Shown in pieces: positions 19,962 to 30,498 of a stretch of DNA of 36,548 bases; positions within the stretch are counted from its first letter, which is position 1, and every line of letters starts with the position of its first letter. The translations under genes were made by a program, and so were the position numbers. Location: the UHGV virus genome UHGV-0383210; one strand, given 5' to 3'. The DNA comes from a virus. The notes beneath the pieces are model-generated. The model was not told where the DNA came from. It did not search any database and was given only the letters and a program-made list of their open reading frames with translations.

Positions 19962-20586
19962 CAGTATCACGGAAATTATTGAGGCGCTGGAACGCTACAG
20001 TGAAATCATCACCCCCTGGGCGACAAAGGTCGCGGAAAACTTTACCGCCGATATTGTGCGCAAGAATGATGAGCAGTGGCGTAAACACAGCAAAACCATC
20101 AGCCGTGAGCTACGCAATCTGGTAAACAGTGCCCCGCCAGGGCAGGTGATGAAATCCATCGTTGCTGAACAGGTTAAGTACATTAAATCGCTACCCCTCG
20201 AGGCGGCTGACAGGGTGTACGACATCCAGAATCGGGCGATTGAAGCTGTTGTGACCGGTGGGAGAGCGGAACATTTTGCTAAAGAAATAGCCGCATCGGG
20301 TGATATAGCAAAGTCCAGAGCTGACCTGATTGCCCGTACTGAACTTGGACGTGCAACCGGCGCGCTGGATCAGGCGCGTGCGCTGGCAATTGGTTCGAAT
20401 GGTTATATCTGGCGTACAGCCGAAGATGGTGACGTCAGGCATTCTCATCGGGAAATGGAAGGTAAATTTGTCGAATGGGGCAAACCTCCAACGCTTGATG
20501 GCATGACCGGTCACGCTGGCGAGCTCCCGAATTGTCGCTGTTATAAAGAAATCGTTTTTCCCACCTCCCATTCTTATCCCGCCTGA
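19813..20586 (+). CDS. Minor head morphogenesis protein (Mu F / SPP1 gp7-like); start uncertain, ORF overlaps portal 3' end by 149 nt
   Basis: Position after portal; size; SD GAGGA before ATG 19813. Confidence 0.55.
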   Translation: MPKMKRRPASANLMTNRRNRQAEIRYRTSLRRIARAVGDIVNGHYDGSNDSITEIIEALERYSEIITPWATKVAENFTADIVRKNDEQWRKHSKTISRELRNLVNSAPPGQVMKSIVAEQVKYIKSLPLEAADRVYDIQNRAIEAVVTGGRAEHFAKEIAASGDIAKSRADLIARTELGRATGALDQARALAIGSNGYIWRTAEDGDVRHSHREMEGKFVEWGKPPTLDGMTGHAGELPNCRCYKEIVFPTSHSYPA

Positions 20587-20600
20587 ATCGCAGGTAACAC

Positions 20601-21821
20601 ATGAAATATTTTTTCAATACCCGGCTGGGGGAAACCCGCTATCAGCTGGCTGACGGCTCGTTGCTGTGCAAAGACGTGCCGATAGGACGAACAGGTAAGC
20701 AGCTCTATGGTGCTGATGACCTGCCAAAACTGAAACCCGATAAGTTCGGTGAAATAGTCGTCACGCGTTCTCCTGAGCAGGTATTCCATCCCGCCACGCT
20801 TGCCTCATTCGAAGGAATGAGTATCACGGTGTTGCATCCCGAGGATGAAAACGGGGATGTGCGGCTGGTGAATCCAGAGAACTGGAAAGAGCTCGCGGTC
20901 GGGCATCTTCAGAATGTCCGGCGCGGGACGGGTGTGCAGTCTGATTTGATGCTGGCTGACCTTATCGTCAAAGACGAAAACGCCATTCAGCTGATCGAAG
21001 ATGGCCTGCGCGAAGTGTCGTGTGGCTATGACGCGGAATATAAGCAGACTGAGCCGGGTAAGGCTGAGCAGGTTGATATTACCGGAAACCATGTGGCTCT
21101 TGTCCCTAAAGGCAGAGCCGGAAATCGTTGTGCAATTGGAGACAGAGACACAATGGCAAATCAAAAGAAAAGCTGGTGGACCCGCATGCGCACGGCCATC
21201 AAAACGGGTGACGCTGACACTATGAACGAACTGGTGGAGTCGGCTCCCGCATCGGTTACAGGAGATGAGGGGGATTTGCCGCAGGGCGTTAATCTCAACA
21301 TCAACCTGTCCCCGCAGCAACCGCTACCGGACAAAGCACCAGAGATGGGCGGAGGTCCAACGGGCGACAGTGATGATGACCTCAAAACATTACTGAAAGC
21401 CCTGCTGGCTAAGCTGGAAGGAAATGCGACGGGCGATAACGACAATAAGCCTGACGATAATCCGACCGGTGACGGCGAGGACGATGAAGAGGAAACCACG
21501 ATTACTGGTGACTCAGCCTGGCGTGCCGAAGTTATCGTTCCGGGTATTGATCTGAGCCGTAAGATGAAACCGACCGCGTTCAAACGTGAGGTTCTGGCTT
21601 CTGCTGACAAAACGCTGGTTCGCCAGATAGTCGGTGATGCGGATATCCGCAAATTGCCGAAACAATCAGTCGACATGGCGTTTAATGCCGTGTCTGAGAT
21701 TGCCAAAGGGCGAAACACCCGCGCCACCACCGGCGATGCACAGCGCCCAAATATGGGCATGACCAGTATCGCTTCCCTGAACAAACAAAACGCTGAATTC
21801 TGGGCAAACCGTAAAGGGTAA
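20601..21821 (+). CDS. Prohead protease / scaffold protein (406 aa) with acidic Asp/Gly-rich central region
   Basis: Position before capsid gene; N-terminal domain followed by D/E/G-rich linker and C-terminal helical region. Confidence 0.5.
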   Translation: MKYFFNTRLGETRYQLADGSLLCKDVPIGRTGKQLYGADDLPKLKPDKFGEIVVTRSPEQVFHPATLASFEGMSITVLHPEDENGDVRLVNPENWKELAVGHLQNVRRGTGVQSDLMLADLIVKDENAIQLIEDGLREVSCGYDAEYKQTEPGKAEQVDITGNHVALVPKGRAGNRCAIGDRDTMANQKKSWWTRMRTAIKTGDADTMNELVESAPASVTGDEGDLPQGVNLNINLSPQQPLPDKAPEMGGGPTGDSDDDLKTLLKALLAKLEGNATGDNDNKPDDNPTGDGEDDEEETTITGDSAWRAEVIVPGIDLSRKMKPTAFKREVLASADKTLVRQIVGDADIRKLPKQSVDMAFNAVSEIAKGRNTRATTGDAQRPNMGMTSIASLNKQNAEFWANRKG

Positions 21822-21824
21822 AAA

Positions 21825-22331
21825 ATGAATAATGTATTTCTGTACCGGATGCCTGTTGGCATTGCCGGGGCTGTCTCTCGCCCGCAGGACTTAACCGTCG
21901 AACCGGTGGTCCTTAAATCCGATAACGCCTTTGCTGCCTATGGGCTGGCTGGTAAATACGATGATGACGGTTTTTTCGTGCCGCTGGCAGATGGTGATAC
22001 CGCAGACAAGGTGAAGGGGATCTATGTGCGCCCTTATCCGACCACTTCGCAGCCGGACATGGTTCGCCAGGTGGGGAGTGGCAAGAACTTCCCGGGCGAC
22101 GCAATGAAGCGTGGCTACGTGACCGTTAATCTCGGTTCTGATTTTGATGCCAGCACCATCAAAAAAGGCGACCCGGTATACGTTGTCGTCTCCACTGATG
22201 AATCCATCAAAGTGCCGCTGGGTGGATTCATGGCCACGTCAGTCAGTGGCAAAAACGTGGTGCTGACCAACGCTGAATTCACAGGTGCCGGTGATGCTGA
22301 CGGCAATGCAGAAATTTCCTGGAAGATTTAA
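21825..22331 (+). CDS. Head-associated protein (possible decoration or cement protein, 168 aa)
   Basis: Located between scaffold and major capsid genes. Confidence 0.4.
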   Translation: MNNVFLYRMPVGIAGAVSRPQDLTVEPVVLKSDNAFAAYGLAGKYDDDGFFVPLADGDTADKVKGIYVRPYPTTSQPDMVRQVGSGKNFPGDAMKRGYVTVNLGSDFDASTIKKGDPVYVVVSTDESIKVPLGGFMATSVSGKNVVLTNAEFTGAGDADGNAEISWKI

Positions 22332-22342
22332 GGAACAGACGA

Positions 22343-23284
22343 ATGATTACTTTTGATCAGGCAACCGTTGACAGCTCTGGTGCCTTTCTCATCGGGGAGC
22401 TGGAGCGACTTGACCAGACGCTGAACCTGCCACTGGTGGGGTACACCTGGACCCGCGATATCCAACTGCGTGAAGATGTCTCCATCGCAGATGACATTTC
22501 CAGCTGGACGAATACCAGCTTCGCCGCTGCGGGTACTGGTGCAAATCCGAATGGCAAAAACTGGGTAGGCAAAGACTCAACCGCTATTGCTGGCGTAAAC
22601 GTGGATATCGGCAAATCCGGTAACCCGCTGAACCTGTGGGGGATGGAACTTGGCTGGACGGTCATAGAATTGCAGGCTGCTCAGCAGGTCGGACGCCCGA
22701 TCGATACGCAGAAGTATGACGGGATGCAACTGAAATGGCAGATGGATAACGATGAACAGGTGTATGTTGGCGATTCCGCATTAAACCTGAAAGGTCTTGT
22801 TACCCTGGACGGTGTGCCTGTCAACAACGCTGCCAAAACGTGGGCAACCTCAACACCGGACGAAATCCGCGCAAGCATTAACCAGGTGCTGTCTGATGCG
22901 TGGGCCGCTTCCGGTTACTCTGTGGTTCCGCGTGATTTGCTGATCCCGCCTGAGCAGTTTGCTCTGTTGTCCAGCATCATCGTTTCATCTGCGGGTAACC
23001 AGTCCCTGTTGACGTACCTTCAGACCAACACCATCAGCTATCACCAGAACGGTATTCCGCTGAATATCCGCGCGGTTAAATGGCTGAAAGGCCGTGGTGT
23101 GGGGAATAAGGATCGCATGGTTGCGTACACCAACGATAAAAAATACGTCCGCTACCCGCTGGTTCCGCTTCAGAGCGTGCCGGTGCAGTATCGCGGTCTG
23201 TATCAGATCGTCACTTACTACGGCAAGCTGGGTGCAGTCGAGCCAGTGTACAAAGAAACCATTTCGTACGTTGATGGCATTTAA
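22343..23284 (+). CDS. Major capsid protein (313 aa)
   Basis: Size, position and SD AAGGAA; follows scaffold and decoration genes. Confidence 0.65.
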   Translation: MITFDQATVDSSGAFLIGELERLDQTLNLPLVGYTWTRDIQLREDVSIADDISSWTNTSFAAAGTGANPNGKNWVGKDSTAIAGVNVDIGKSGNPLNLWGMELGWTVIELQAAQQVGRPIDTQKYDGMQLKWQMDNDEQVYVGDSALNLKGLVTLDGVPVNNAAKTWATSTPDEIRASINQVLSDAWAASGYSVVPRDLLIPPEQFALLSSIIVSSAGNQSLLTYLQTNTISYHQNGIPLNIRAVKWLKGRGVGNKDRMVAYTNDKKYVRYPLVPLQSVPVQYRGLYQIVTYYGKLGAVEPVYKETISYVDGI

Positions 23285-23325
23285 CAGCCACATGGCCCCC
23301 TGGCGGGGCCATTAAGGATGACCCG

Positions 23326-23547
23326 ATGGCAAAAAATAATGCAGTAATACACGTACATACCCCGTTTGTGCTCACGCTTCCCGACGGTTCACGGCGCGAG
23401 TTTGTTAAAGGCCGTCATGCTGTGGAGGAAGACGTTGCCACGCACTGGTTCACTCGTGCGCACGCGGAAGTATCCGTTGGCAAAGCCACAGACGCGCGTA
23501 ACGAGGTAAAAAATGCCAAAGAATCAAAGTCTGCCAGCGGTAAGTGA
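23326..23547 (+). CDS. Hypothetical small head-region protein (73 aa)
   Basis: ORF in morphogenesis operon. Confidence 0.4.
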   Translation: MAKNNAVIHVHTPFVLTLPDGSRREFVKGRHAVEEDVATHWFTRAHAEVSVGKATDARNEVKNAKESKSASGK

Positions 23548-23920
23548 TTTTCGCCGCGACTTCCCGCAGTTTGCTGACCCTGCCAAATATCCCGAAGCGC
23601 AAATCCAGTTTCGTCTGAATCTGGCCGATGAACTGCTGAGCGAAAACGTCACCGGCAAAAAGTTGTTTCCGTACTTTGCCGGGTTGTTCGTTGCGCACTA
23701 CATGACGCTCTGGGCGGCAGACAGCCGGGCGATGCTGGCTGGTGGTTCGGGCGGTTCAACCAATGGTGTTCAGTCCTCAAAGTCCGTGGATAAGGTAAGC
23801 GTCAGTTATGACACCAGCGCGACGCTGAATCCTGATGCAGGTTTCTGGAATAACACCCGATATGGCGCTGAATTTTATCAGTTGATCACGATGTTCGGTG
23901 CAGGCGGTCGCCAGCTATGA
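23513..23920 (+). CDS. Head-tail connector / head completion protein (135 aa)
   Basis: Gene order between capsid and tail sheath. Confidence 0.45.
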   Translation: MPKNQSLPAVSDFRRDFPQFADPAKYPEAQIQFRLNLADELLSENVTGKKLFPYFAGLFVAHYMTLWAADSRAMLAGGSGGSTNGVQSSKSVDKVSVSYDTSATLNPDAGFWNNTRYGAEFYQLITMFGAGGRQL

Positions 23921-24471
23921 GTTTCAAAAGCGGTGTAACAACGAGGGTGGATAACGCTAAGGCCATTCTGGATGCGCTCAGGTCGTTAACCAAAAAAGAT
24001 GTGCTGGTCGGCATCCCGGAAGCAGACAGCGAGCGTGAGGATGTTCCGTTTGGTAATGCCGGGATCGGTTACGTCAACGAATACGGCTCGCCAGCGCAAA
24101 ACATCCCCCCACGCCCGCACCTGATCCCCGGCGTTAAATCGGTAGAGGAACAGACGTTGCCGCAGCTCAAAACAGCGGCGCAGGCTGCGCTTGATGGAAA
24201 TGCGGCGGGGGCGGAAAGAGCGCTCAACCGCGCCGGAACGCTGGCCGCTAATGGCGTCAGGCGTTACATGACTATTACCGGCTTTACACCGCTTGCTGAT
24301 AGCACCGTTGAAGCCCGCGCGCGTCGAGGGCGTAAAGGGGCGAAAGCGGAACTTGCCCGGCGTGCTGCTGGCGAATCTCCCGGAACCGATCTGGCGAAAC
24401 CATTAATTGACACCGGGCAATATCGCAGAGCTATTACCCATGTAGTGAGGGATAAAGATGCCGACTCTTGA
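23917..24471 (+). CDS. Head-tail joining / neck protein (184 aa)
   Basis: Gene order; overlapping start-stop with neighbours. Confidence 0.45.
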   Translation: MSFKSGVTTRVDNAKAILDALRSLTKKDVLVGIPEADSEREDVPFGNAGIGYVNEYGSPAQNIPPRPHLIPGVKSVEEQTLPQLKTAAQAALDGNAAGAERALNRAGTLAANGVRRYMTITGFTPLADSTVEARARRGRKGAKAELARRAAGESPGTDLAKPLIDTGQYRRAITHVVRDKDADS

Positions 24472-24847
24472 TGTAACAGATGTGCTTTTTGACCCCGATT
24501 TTTGCGACTTCAATTTGTGGGTAACACGCCGAGTGCAAACGGTGGATGAGGACGGGATCGGCAGCGACAGCGAAGTTAAAAAGCAGTTTGCCGGAGTCGT
24601 AACTGTTGATCGCTCTCTGGAAAACCGCCGTATGCAGGCAGGGCAGGTAATCAGCGGTGCAATTCTGATTGTGACGACTGAGCGACTGACGCAGGGACAG
24701 ACTGGCCGTGATGCCGATATCGTGACGTATCAGGGCCGTGATTATCGTGTGACCTTCGTCGACCCGTATACAGCTTATGGTGCCGGATTCGTTCAGGCGC
24801 ATTGTGAGTTGCTGCCGTTTGATGGGGGAATTCCGGTTGAGCAATAA
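24458..24847 (+). CDS. Neck / tail terminator-like protein (129 aa)
   Basis: Gene order; SD GAGGGA. Confidence 0.45.
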   Translation: MPTLDVTDVLFDPDFCDFNLWVTRRVQTVDEDGIGSDSEVKKQFAGVVTVDRSLENRRMQAGQVISGAILIVTTERLTQGQTGRDADIVTYQGRDYRVTFVDPYTAYGAGFVQAHCELLPFDGGIPVEQ

Positions 24848-25385
24848 CACCAGTACAGAGCGCGGATGGCTGATACCAACCAGTGGCGATCCGGATTATG
24901 ACGAAGCGCTCGACAGGCTGTTAAGCCAGTGGATGCGTAACGTTTCCGGTCTGTCTGCCGGGATGGTTCGCCCGCGCTGGCAGAAAGAGCAGCCGCCACT
25001 GCTACCGGCTGAAACGAACTGGTGTGCGTTTGGGGTTATCGGATGGTCAGGTGATGACAGTCCGGCATTCACCAGACAGACCGATGATGGCTCTAAGCTC
25101 TGGCGGCATGAAACGATTGAGTGTATGGCTTCGTTTTATGGTCCGGCGGGGATGGTGTATGCGTCCCGGTTTCGTGACGGTATATCTGTACCGCAGAACA
25201 ATGCAGCACTGAATGCGCTGGGGCTGTCTCTTGGCGATTACACAGGTCTGACCCCCTTCCCTGAACTTATTAATCAGCAATGGGTCCGCCGCTACGATAT
25301 GACGGTGCGCCTGCGCCGGAAGGTTGTGCGCGAGTACGGTATTAAATCGCTGGTGGAAGCACCAGTCATCTTTTTCGGAGATTAA
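24777..25385 (+). CDS. Tail completion protein (start uncertain; possible ATG 24822 or TTG 24841)
   Basis: Gene order immediately before tail sheath. Confidence 0.4.
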   Translation: MVPDSFRRIVSCCRLMGEFRLSNNTSTERGWLIPTSGDPDYDEALDRLLSQWMRNVSGLSAGMVRPRWQKEQPPLLPAETNWCAFGVIGWSGDDSPAFTRQTDDGSKLWRHETIECMASFYGPAGMVYASRFRDGISVPQNNAALNALGLSLGDYTGLTPFPELINQQWVRRYDMTVRLRRKVVREYGIKSLVEAPVIFFGD

Positions 25386-25388
25386 GCT

Positions 25389-26534
25389 ATGGCACAGGGC
25401 TTGCCTGTATCAAACGTTGTTAATGTTGATGTGATCATGTCGCCGCGTGCAGCATCAGGGCGAAATTTTGGTGCATTACTCATTCTCGGCCCGTCCACAA
25501 TCATTCCGGTAAGTGAGCGCATTCGCCGTTATTCTGCCGCGGAAGATATTGGAAAAGATTTTGGCGTGGAATCACCAGAATATAAGGCTGCGCAGGTGTT
25601 TTTCTCACAATCACCGAAACCTCAGGAGGTTTTTGTTGGTCGTTGGGTGAAAACGAAGGGTGACAGCGAACAGGCCACGCCTGAGACGCTGGAGCAGGCT
25701 GTGAATGCCATGCTCGATTATACTTCATGGTATGGGCTGGGGATTGCAGACGATGAAGATATTCCGGATGCAGACTGGCTGAAAGTGGCTGCGGCGATCG
25801 AATCCTCTTCTGTAAGCCGTATTCTGGCGATTACGACAAGCGATGATAAATGCCTGCAGACTGCATCCAGCGATGATTTGGCATCAAAACTGAAAACCGC
25901 CGGATATTCACGCAGTTTTATTCAGTATTCATCGGGTAATAAATACGCTGCGTTATCTGCATTTGGCCGGGTATTCACGGTTAATTTCAATGGCAGTAAT
26001 ACCGCGATTACGCTCAAGTTTAAGCAGGAGCCGGGTGTCGGGTATGAAACACTGACAGTCAGCCAGGCATCGGCACTTGATGCAAAAAACTGCAATGTAT
26101 TCGTGTACTACCAGAATGATACGGCTATCCTCCAGCAGGGAGTGATGGCTAACGGCGATTTCTTTGATGAACGCCACGGCCTGGACTGGTTACAGAATTA
26201 TGTGCAGACCAACCTCTATAACCTGCTTTATACCAGCACCACGAAAGTTCCCCAGACTGAAGCCGGTATTACCCGACTGTTATCAAATGTTGAAAAATCA
26301 CTGGATCAGGCCGTTCAGAATGGACTGATTGCTCCGGGCGTATGGAACGGGGGCGACCTTGGTCAGTTGTCATCAGGTGACACACTGCCCAAAGGTTATT
26401 ACGTATACGCCCAGCCGCTGGATGAACAGGCACAATCAGAACGTGAAGCCCGTAAGGCTCCGGTGATTCAGGCTGCAATAAAACTTGCAGGCGCGGTTCA
26501 TTACGCTGACGTACAGATTAATGTTGTTCGCTAA
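25389..26534 (+). CDS. Contractile tail sheath protein (381 aa)
   Basis: Size and position directly upstream of a ~146-aa tube gene, chaperone frameshift pair and tape measure. Confidence 0.65.
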   Translation: MAQGLPVSNVVNVDVIMSPRAASGRNFGALLILGPSTIIPVSERIRRYSAAEDIGKDFGVESPEYKAAQVFFSQSPKPQEVFVGRWVKTKGDSEQATPETLEQAVNAMLDYTSWYGLGIADDEDIPDADWLKVAAAIESSSVSRILAITTSDDKCLQTASSDDLASKLKTAGYSRSFIQYSSGNKYAALSAFGRVFTVNFNGSNTAITLKFKQEPGVGYETLTVSQASALDAKNCNVFVYYQNDTAILQQGVMANGDFFDERHGLDWLQNYVQTNLYNLLYTSTTKVPQTEAGITRLLSNVEKSLDQAVQNGLIAPGVWNGGDLGQLSSGDTLPKGYYVYAQPLDEQAQSEREARKAPVIQAAIKLAGAVHYADVQINVVR

Positions 26535-26544
26535 GGGGAAGTGA

Positions 26545-26985
26545 ATGTCTACCTATTCTTTTATGGATGTCACTGCGACGCTGACCGGCCCGACCGGTTC
26601 GATTGACCTCGGGTACGGTTCTGCAAGTTCTGAAGAGGGGATTGTGGTTGCGATGGGCGGTCCTAAAAACACCATGACCATCGGTGCTGATGGTGAAGTG
26701 ATGCACAGCCTCCATGCAGATAAAAGCGGGACGATTACCGTTAACCTTCTGAAGACATCACCGACAAATAAAAAATTGTCGCTGGCGTATAACGCACAGA
26801 GCCAGTCTTCTGCCACATGGGGGAATAACGTTATCGTGATCCGCAACAAGGTCAGCGGCGACATCATCACGGCACGCAGTGTTGCGTTCCAGAAACAACC
26901 GGATAATGCCAACGCTAAAACCGGTAATACGATGCCGTGGGTGTTTGACTGCGGCAAGATTGACCAGGTTCTCGGGGAGTTTTAA
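26545..26985 (+). CDS. Tail tube protein (146 aa)
   Basis: Size and order, sheath-tube-chaperone-tape measure. Confidence 0.6.
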   Translation: MSTYSFMDVTATLTGPTGSIDLGYGSASSEEGIVVAMGGPKNTMTIGADGEVMHSLHADKSGTITVNLLKTSPTNKKLSLAYNAQSQSSATWGNNVIVIRNKVSGDIITARSVAFQKQPDNANAKTGNTMPWVFDCGKIDQVLGEF

Positions 26986-26988
26986 TAC

Positions 26989-27441
26989 ATGGAATTCGAA
27001 ATCAAAGGCGTGAAATATCGCGTGGCAAAACTCAGCGTTTTTGACCAGCTGAAAGTGACCCGCAAACTTCTGCCGGTACTGGCGGGAATGATGTCAGATT
27101 TCGGGAGCATTCGCTCCCGTTTGCCTGCTGACGGCAAAATCGACACCGTGAAATTCGAGCAGTTAAAACCGGTGTTTGAAACCATGCTCCCGCGTATCGC
27201 TGAGGAACTGTCTTCCCTGACCGAAGATGACACCGATGCGATTATTCATCCCTGTCTTGCGGTGGTATCGCGGCGTCATATGGACGGATGGGTGCCGGTA
27301 TTTACCCAGGGCGAACTGATGTTTGATGATATTGACCTGCTGGTCATGCTGCAGCTGGTGGCGCGGGTGGTCGCCGATTCGCTGGGAAATTTTTTGCCTA
27401 CACCCCTTACCAGCACGACGCAGAGCCTGCAACAGGGCTGA
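26989..27441 (+). CDS. Tail assembly chaperone, short form (150 aa)
   Basis: Position before tape measure; slippery heptamer near 3' end. Confidence 0.6.
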   Translation: MEFEIKGVKYRVAKLSVFDQLKVTRKLLPVLAGMMSDFGSIRSRLPADGKIDTVKFEQLKPVFETMLPRIAEELSSLTEDDTDAIIHPCLAVVSRRHMDGWVPVFTQGELMFDDIDLLVMLQLVARVVADSLGNFLPTPLTSTTQSLQQG

Positions 27442-27638
27442 CGTTTAACAGCCTGCCGGACGGGCTGTCCTACCTTCTCAATCCGGTTGACGCCGGGTTA
27501 ATTCCTTATACAGCACTTAAAGATGGCTCTGTCGATTTGTACGACATTGCTCTCTTGAATGACCATCTGGCGGTAAAAGCGGATAACCAGCGGCGCATTG
27601 AGAAATGGAGAGAGGATAATGAACGCCGAGACTATTAA
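26989..27638 (+). CDS. Tail assembly chaperone, predicted -1 frameshift fusion product (shift at A_AAT_TTT 27387-27393, stop TAA 27636-27638)
   Basis: Hand translation of -1 frame after heptamer gives 81 stop-free codons (KFFAYTPYQHDAEPATGLTFNSLPDGLSYLLNPVDAGLIPYTALKDGSVDLYDIALLNDHLAVKADNQRRIEKWREDNERRDY). Confidence 0.6.
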
Positions 27639-29607
27639 AGATTTCCTTGTCTCGCTTGGCTTCAGTGTGGATGATGCAGGAGCGAAAAAATTCGGTTCTG
27701 TCCTCGCCGGTACAACTGCAAATGTCATCAAAATGGGGCTGGCCGTCGAAGGAGCGGCGCTGTCCGTGGTGGCCTTCACGGCTAAGATCGCCTCCGGCCT
27801 GGATAATCTTTACTGGGCGTCACAGCGCACCGGCGCGACAGTCCAGGGAATTCAGTCTATTGGCTATGCGGTTTCGCAGGTTGGCGGCAGCGTGGACGCT
27901 GCGCGATCTTCTCTGGAAAACCTCTCCCGGTTTATTCGTAATAATCCCGGGGCGGAGGGATTTCTGAATCGTCTGGGGGTACAGACACGGGATGCCAGCG
28001 GTAACATGCGTGACATGGCCGCTATTTTTACAGGGGTAGGCCAGAAGCTCAGCGACATGCCGTATTACCGTGCTAACCAGTATGCGCAGATGCTGGGCAT
28101 TGACGAAAATACCCTGTTGGCTATGCGTCGCGGTGTGGGTGGCTTCTCCGGGCAGTACAGCGCAATGGCGAAAGCTATCGGCTTCAATGCTGACGAGGCG
28201 GCCAGAAGCTCCAACAAATTTATGACCTCCCTGCGTGAGTTTGGCGCGATGGCAGGCATGGCCCGTGACAAAATCGGCTCTAATCTTGCGGGTGGGCTTG
28301 CGGGTTCGCTGGACACACTGCGCCGCCATATCCTGGACAACTTCCCGCGTATCGAGCAGACCCTGACGAAAGCCATAAAAGGCATTCTGGCGCTCGGGGA
28401 TATTATCGGGCGGCTGTTCTTCAGACTGATTGAGGGGACATCAGGCCTCATCACCTGGTGGCAATCGCTGGATAAGCAAACGCGGGAGTTGATCTCGCTG
28501 TTTGGCGCACTGACGATTGCGCTGCGCATTCTGAACAGTACGTTCTGGATGTCGCCGATTGGCCTCATTACCGCGCTGGCGGCGGGGATTGCCCTCCTGT
28601 GGGAGGACTATCAGACCTGGAAGGAAGGCGGCGACAGCCTGATTGACTGGGGCAAGTGGAAACCGGAGGTTGATGCCGCGCTGAAGATGGTTCGTGACCT
28701 TAAAACGACCGTTAACGACCTGGTGAAAGCGCTGGCGAAACTGCTCAATATTGACCCCAAATCATGGTCCCTGAAGTGGGATTTCAGCAACTTCATCGAC
28801 CAGATGGGCGAATTCAGCAAAATGCTGAACATGATCGCCGACCTGCTCAACGCTATCAAAGATGGCCGCTGGGCTGATGCCGTCAGCATCGGCAAACAGA
28901 TACTTAATCAGGGCAGCGAAAATCCGTCAGCGATGCCGATGGTTACAGACAGCGCTAACAGTACTGCCGACTGGATTAAAGAGCACTGGGGATTTGATCC
29001 CCGCAGTGTGGGCCGGACGGTACGCGGCTGGTTTGGTGATGATGAGCCGGAACAACATGCACAGGCTACGAAACGAGGAGAACGGAATAACAATCCGGGA
29101 AACCTTAATTTTGCTGGTCAGGCAGGGGCTTCTCTTGAACGCCCGGGCGGGCGATTTGCCAGATTTGAAACTGCCTTTGATGGATTACGGGCTCTTGCTC
29201 GTCAGTTAATGCTGTACGCCGGACGGGGAATAAACAGTGTGGAGAAAATTATCTCTACCTGGGCACCTGCGTCTGATAATAACAACACAACTGCGTATAT
29301 CAGGGCTGTATCGCAACGACTGGGAGTGGATCCCCGGGCTGCCCTGAATATGAGCGATCCGCAAACCATGTCAGCATTGATGAGCAGCATTATCCAGCAT
29401 GAGAATGGAAGAAATATCTATTCTCGAGAGCTGATTAATAAGGCTGCCGTGGCGGGAATTAGTGGCAAAGTGACAGAGGTTAACCAGCAAAATACCTACC
29501 ACATTTACGGTGGCGGAGATCCGCACGCTGTCGGTAATGAGGTTGCACGTCGGCAACAGTCTGCAAATGCTCAGGTCATGCGAAGTAATCAGGTGAGGGT
29601 GGGTTAG
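27619..29607 (+). CDS. Tail tape measure protein (662 aa from ATG 27619, which has SD GGAGAGAGG; ORF-track start 27598 lacks an RBS)
   Basis: Largest tail ORF, follows chaperone pair; hydrophobic central segments. Confidence 0.7.
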   Translation: MNAETIKDFLVSLGFSVDDAGAKKFGSVLAGTTANVIKMGLAVEGAALSVVAFTAKIASGLDNLYWASQRTGATVQGIQSIGYAVSQVGGSVDAARSSLENLSRFIRNNPGAEGFLNRLGVQTRDASGNMRDMAAIFTGVGQKLSDMPYYRANQYAQMLGIDENTLLAMRRGVGGFSGQYSAMAKAIGFNADEAARSSNKFMTSLREFGAMAGMARDKIGSNLAGGLAGSLDTLRRHILDNFPRIEQTLTKAIKGILALGDIIGRLFFRLIEGTSGLITWWQSLDKQTRELISLFGALTIALRILNSTFWMSPIGLITALAAGIALLWEDYQTWKEGGDSLIDWGKWKPEVDAALKMVRDLKTTVNDLVKALAKLLNIDPKSWSLKWDFSNFIDQMGEFSKMLNMIADLLNAIKDGRWADAVSIGKQILNQGSENPSAMPMVTDSANSTADWIKEHWGFDPRSVGRTVRGWFGDDEPEQHAQATKRGERNNNPGNLNFAGQAGASLERPGGRFARFETAFDGLRALARQLMLYAGRGINSVEKIISTWAPASDNNNTTAYIRAVSQRLGVDPRAALNMSDPQTMSALMSSIIQHENGRNIYSRELINKAAVAGISGKVTEVNQQNTYHIYGGGDPHAVGNEVARRQQSANAQVMRSNQVRVG

Positions 29608-30194
29608 TGGATATTCTCTCTACACTTTTTCATCAGCAGAGCAGAAAAATAGGAATGATTGTTCCCAGTGTTGTTATTTCAGAGAAGCATACAGATATGC
29701 TTGAAATAACAGAGCATCCGGTAGAGGTTGGGGCCGCTGTCGCTGATCATGCCTATAAAAAACCGTCAGAAGTGGTGATGGAGGTTGGTTTCGCCGGTGG
29801 CGGCGCATTGCTGGATTTTGCCAGTAATCTGACGGCTACCAGCCTGCTCGGCCTGAGTCCTCAGCAGACGTATCAGGAGCTACTGGATCTGCAGGAAAGC
29901 CGTATCCCCTTCGATGTGGTAACCGGTAAACGACTGTACAGCAACATGTTGATCCGGGCGCTGGAAGTGACGACGGACAAGACAACCGAAAACGTCCTGT
30001 CCGCCGTCCTCACCCTGAGGGAGGTCCTTATCTCCCGGACACAGCAGATTACCGTCGCGGATAAAACCAACATGAAGGAAGGGGCCAGCACGTCGGCGGT
30101 ACAGAATAGCGGCAACAAAACCACAAAGCCTCCAGATACTTCACTGCTGAAAAGCATCACGGGTAACGTGGCGTCATTACTGGGAGGCGGCTAA
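29607..30194 (+). CDS. Tail / baseplate assembly protein (195 aa, GTG start)
   Basis: Gene order after tape measure; SD AGGTGAGGGTGGG. Confidence 0.4.
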   Translation: MDILSTLFHQQSRKIGMIVPSVVISEKHTDMLEITEHPVEVGAAVADHAYKKPSEVVMEVGFAGGGALLDFASNLTATSLLGLSPQQTYQELLDLQESRIPFDVVTGKRLYSNMLIRALEVTTDKTTENVLSAVLTLREVLISRTQQITVADKTNMKEGASTSAVQNSGNKTTKPPDTSLLKSITGNVASLLGGG

Positions 30195-30496
30195 TGATAA
30201 TTCAGGAAATTCCGCTGACAGCGGACAACCAGCAGTTCAGCATCGTCCTGGGTGGTGTCACTTGGCAGATTAGCATCATATGGCGCGATCTTTACTGGAT
30301 TATGGACCTGCAGAACGACAGAGGGGAGCCGGTAATCTCCGGTATTCCTCTCGTCACTGGCGCTGATCTGCTGGCGCAGTACGCCTGTATGGGGCTTGGT
30401 TTTAAGCTGGTGGTGGTCTGCGATGACAACACACAGGATTATCCCTCGAAAACTGATCTGGGTGGCCGCAGTCATTTACTGGTATCAACGGAGTAA
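30194..30496 (+). CDS. Small baseplate-region protein (100 aa)
   Basis: Gene order; ATGA overlap with upstream gene. Confidence 0.4.
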   Translation: MIIQEIPLTADNQQFSIVLGGVTWQISIIWRDLYWIMDLQNDRGEPVISGIPLVTGADLLAQYACMGLGFKLVVVCDDNTQDYPSKTDLGGRSHLLVSTE

Positions 30497-30498
30497 GC

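Noticed and set aside
21161-21862. 233-aa minus-strand ORF
   Set aside because: Entirely antisense to the scaffold/protease gene; Ser/Pro-rich translation of the acidic linker's complementary strand.
27598-27618. Upstream ATG as tape measure start
   Set aside because: No RBS; the ATG at 27619 has a strong GGAGAGAGG Shine-Dalgarno, and the upstream segment is covered by the chaperone -1 frameshift extension.
28065-28568. 167-aa minus-strand ORF (and similar antisense ORFs 27820-28329, 28611-28895)
   Set aside because: All lie antisense within the tape measure gene, which is the long, well-supported frame.
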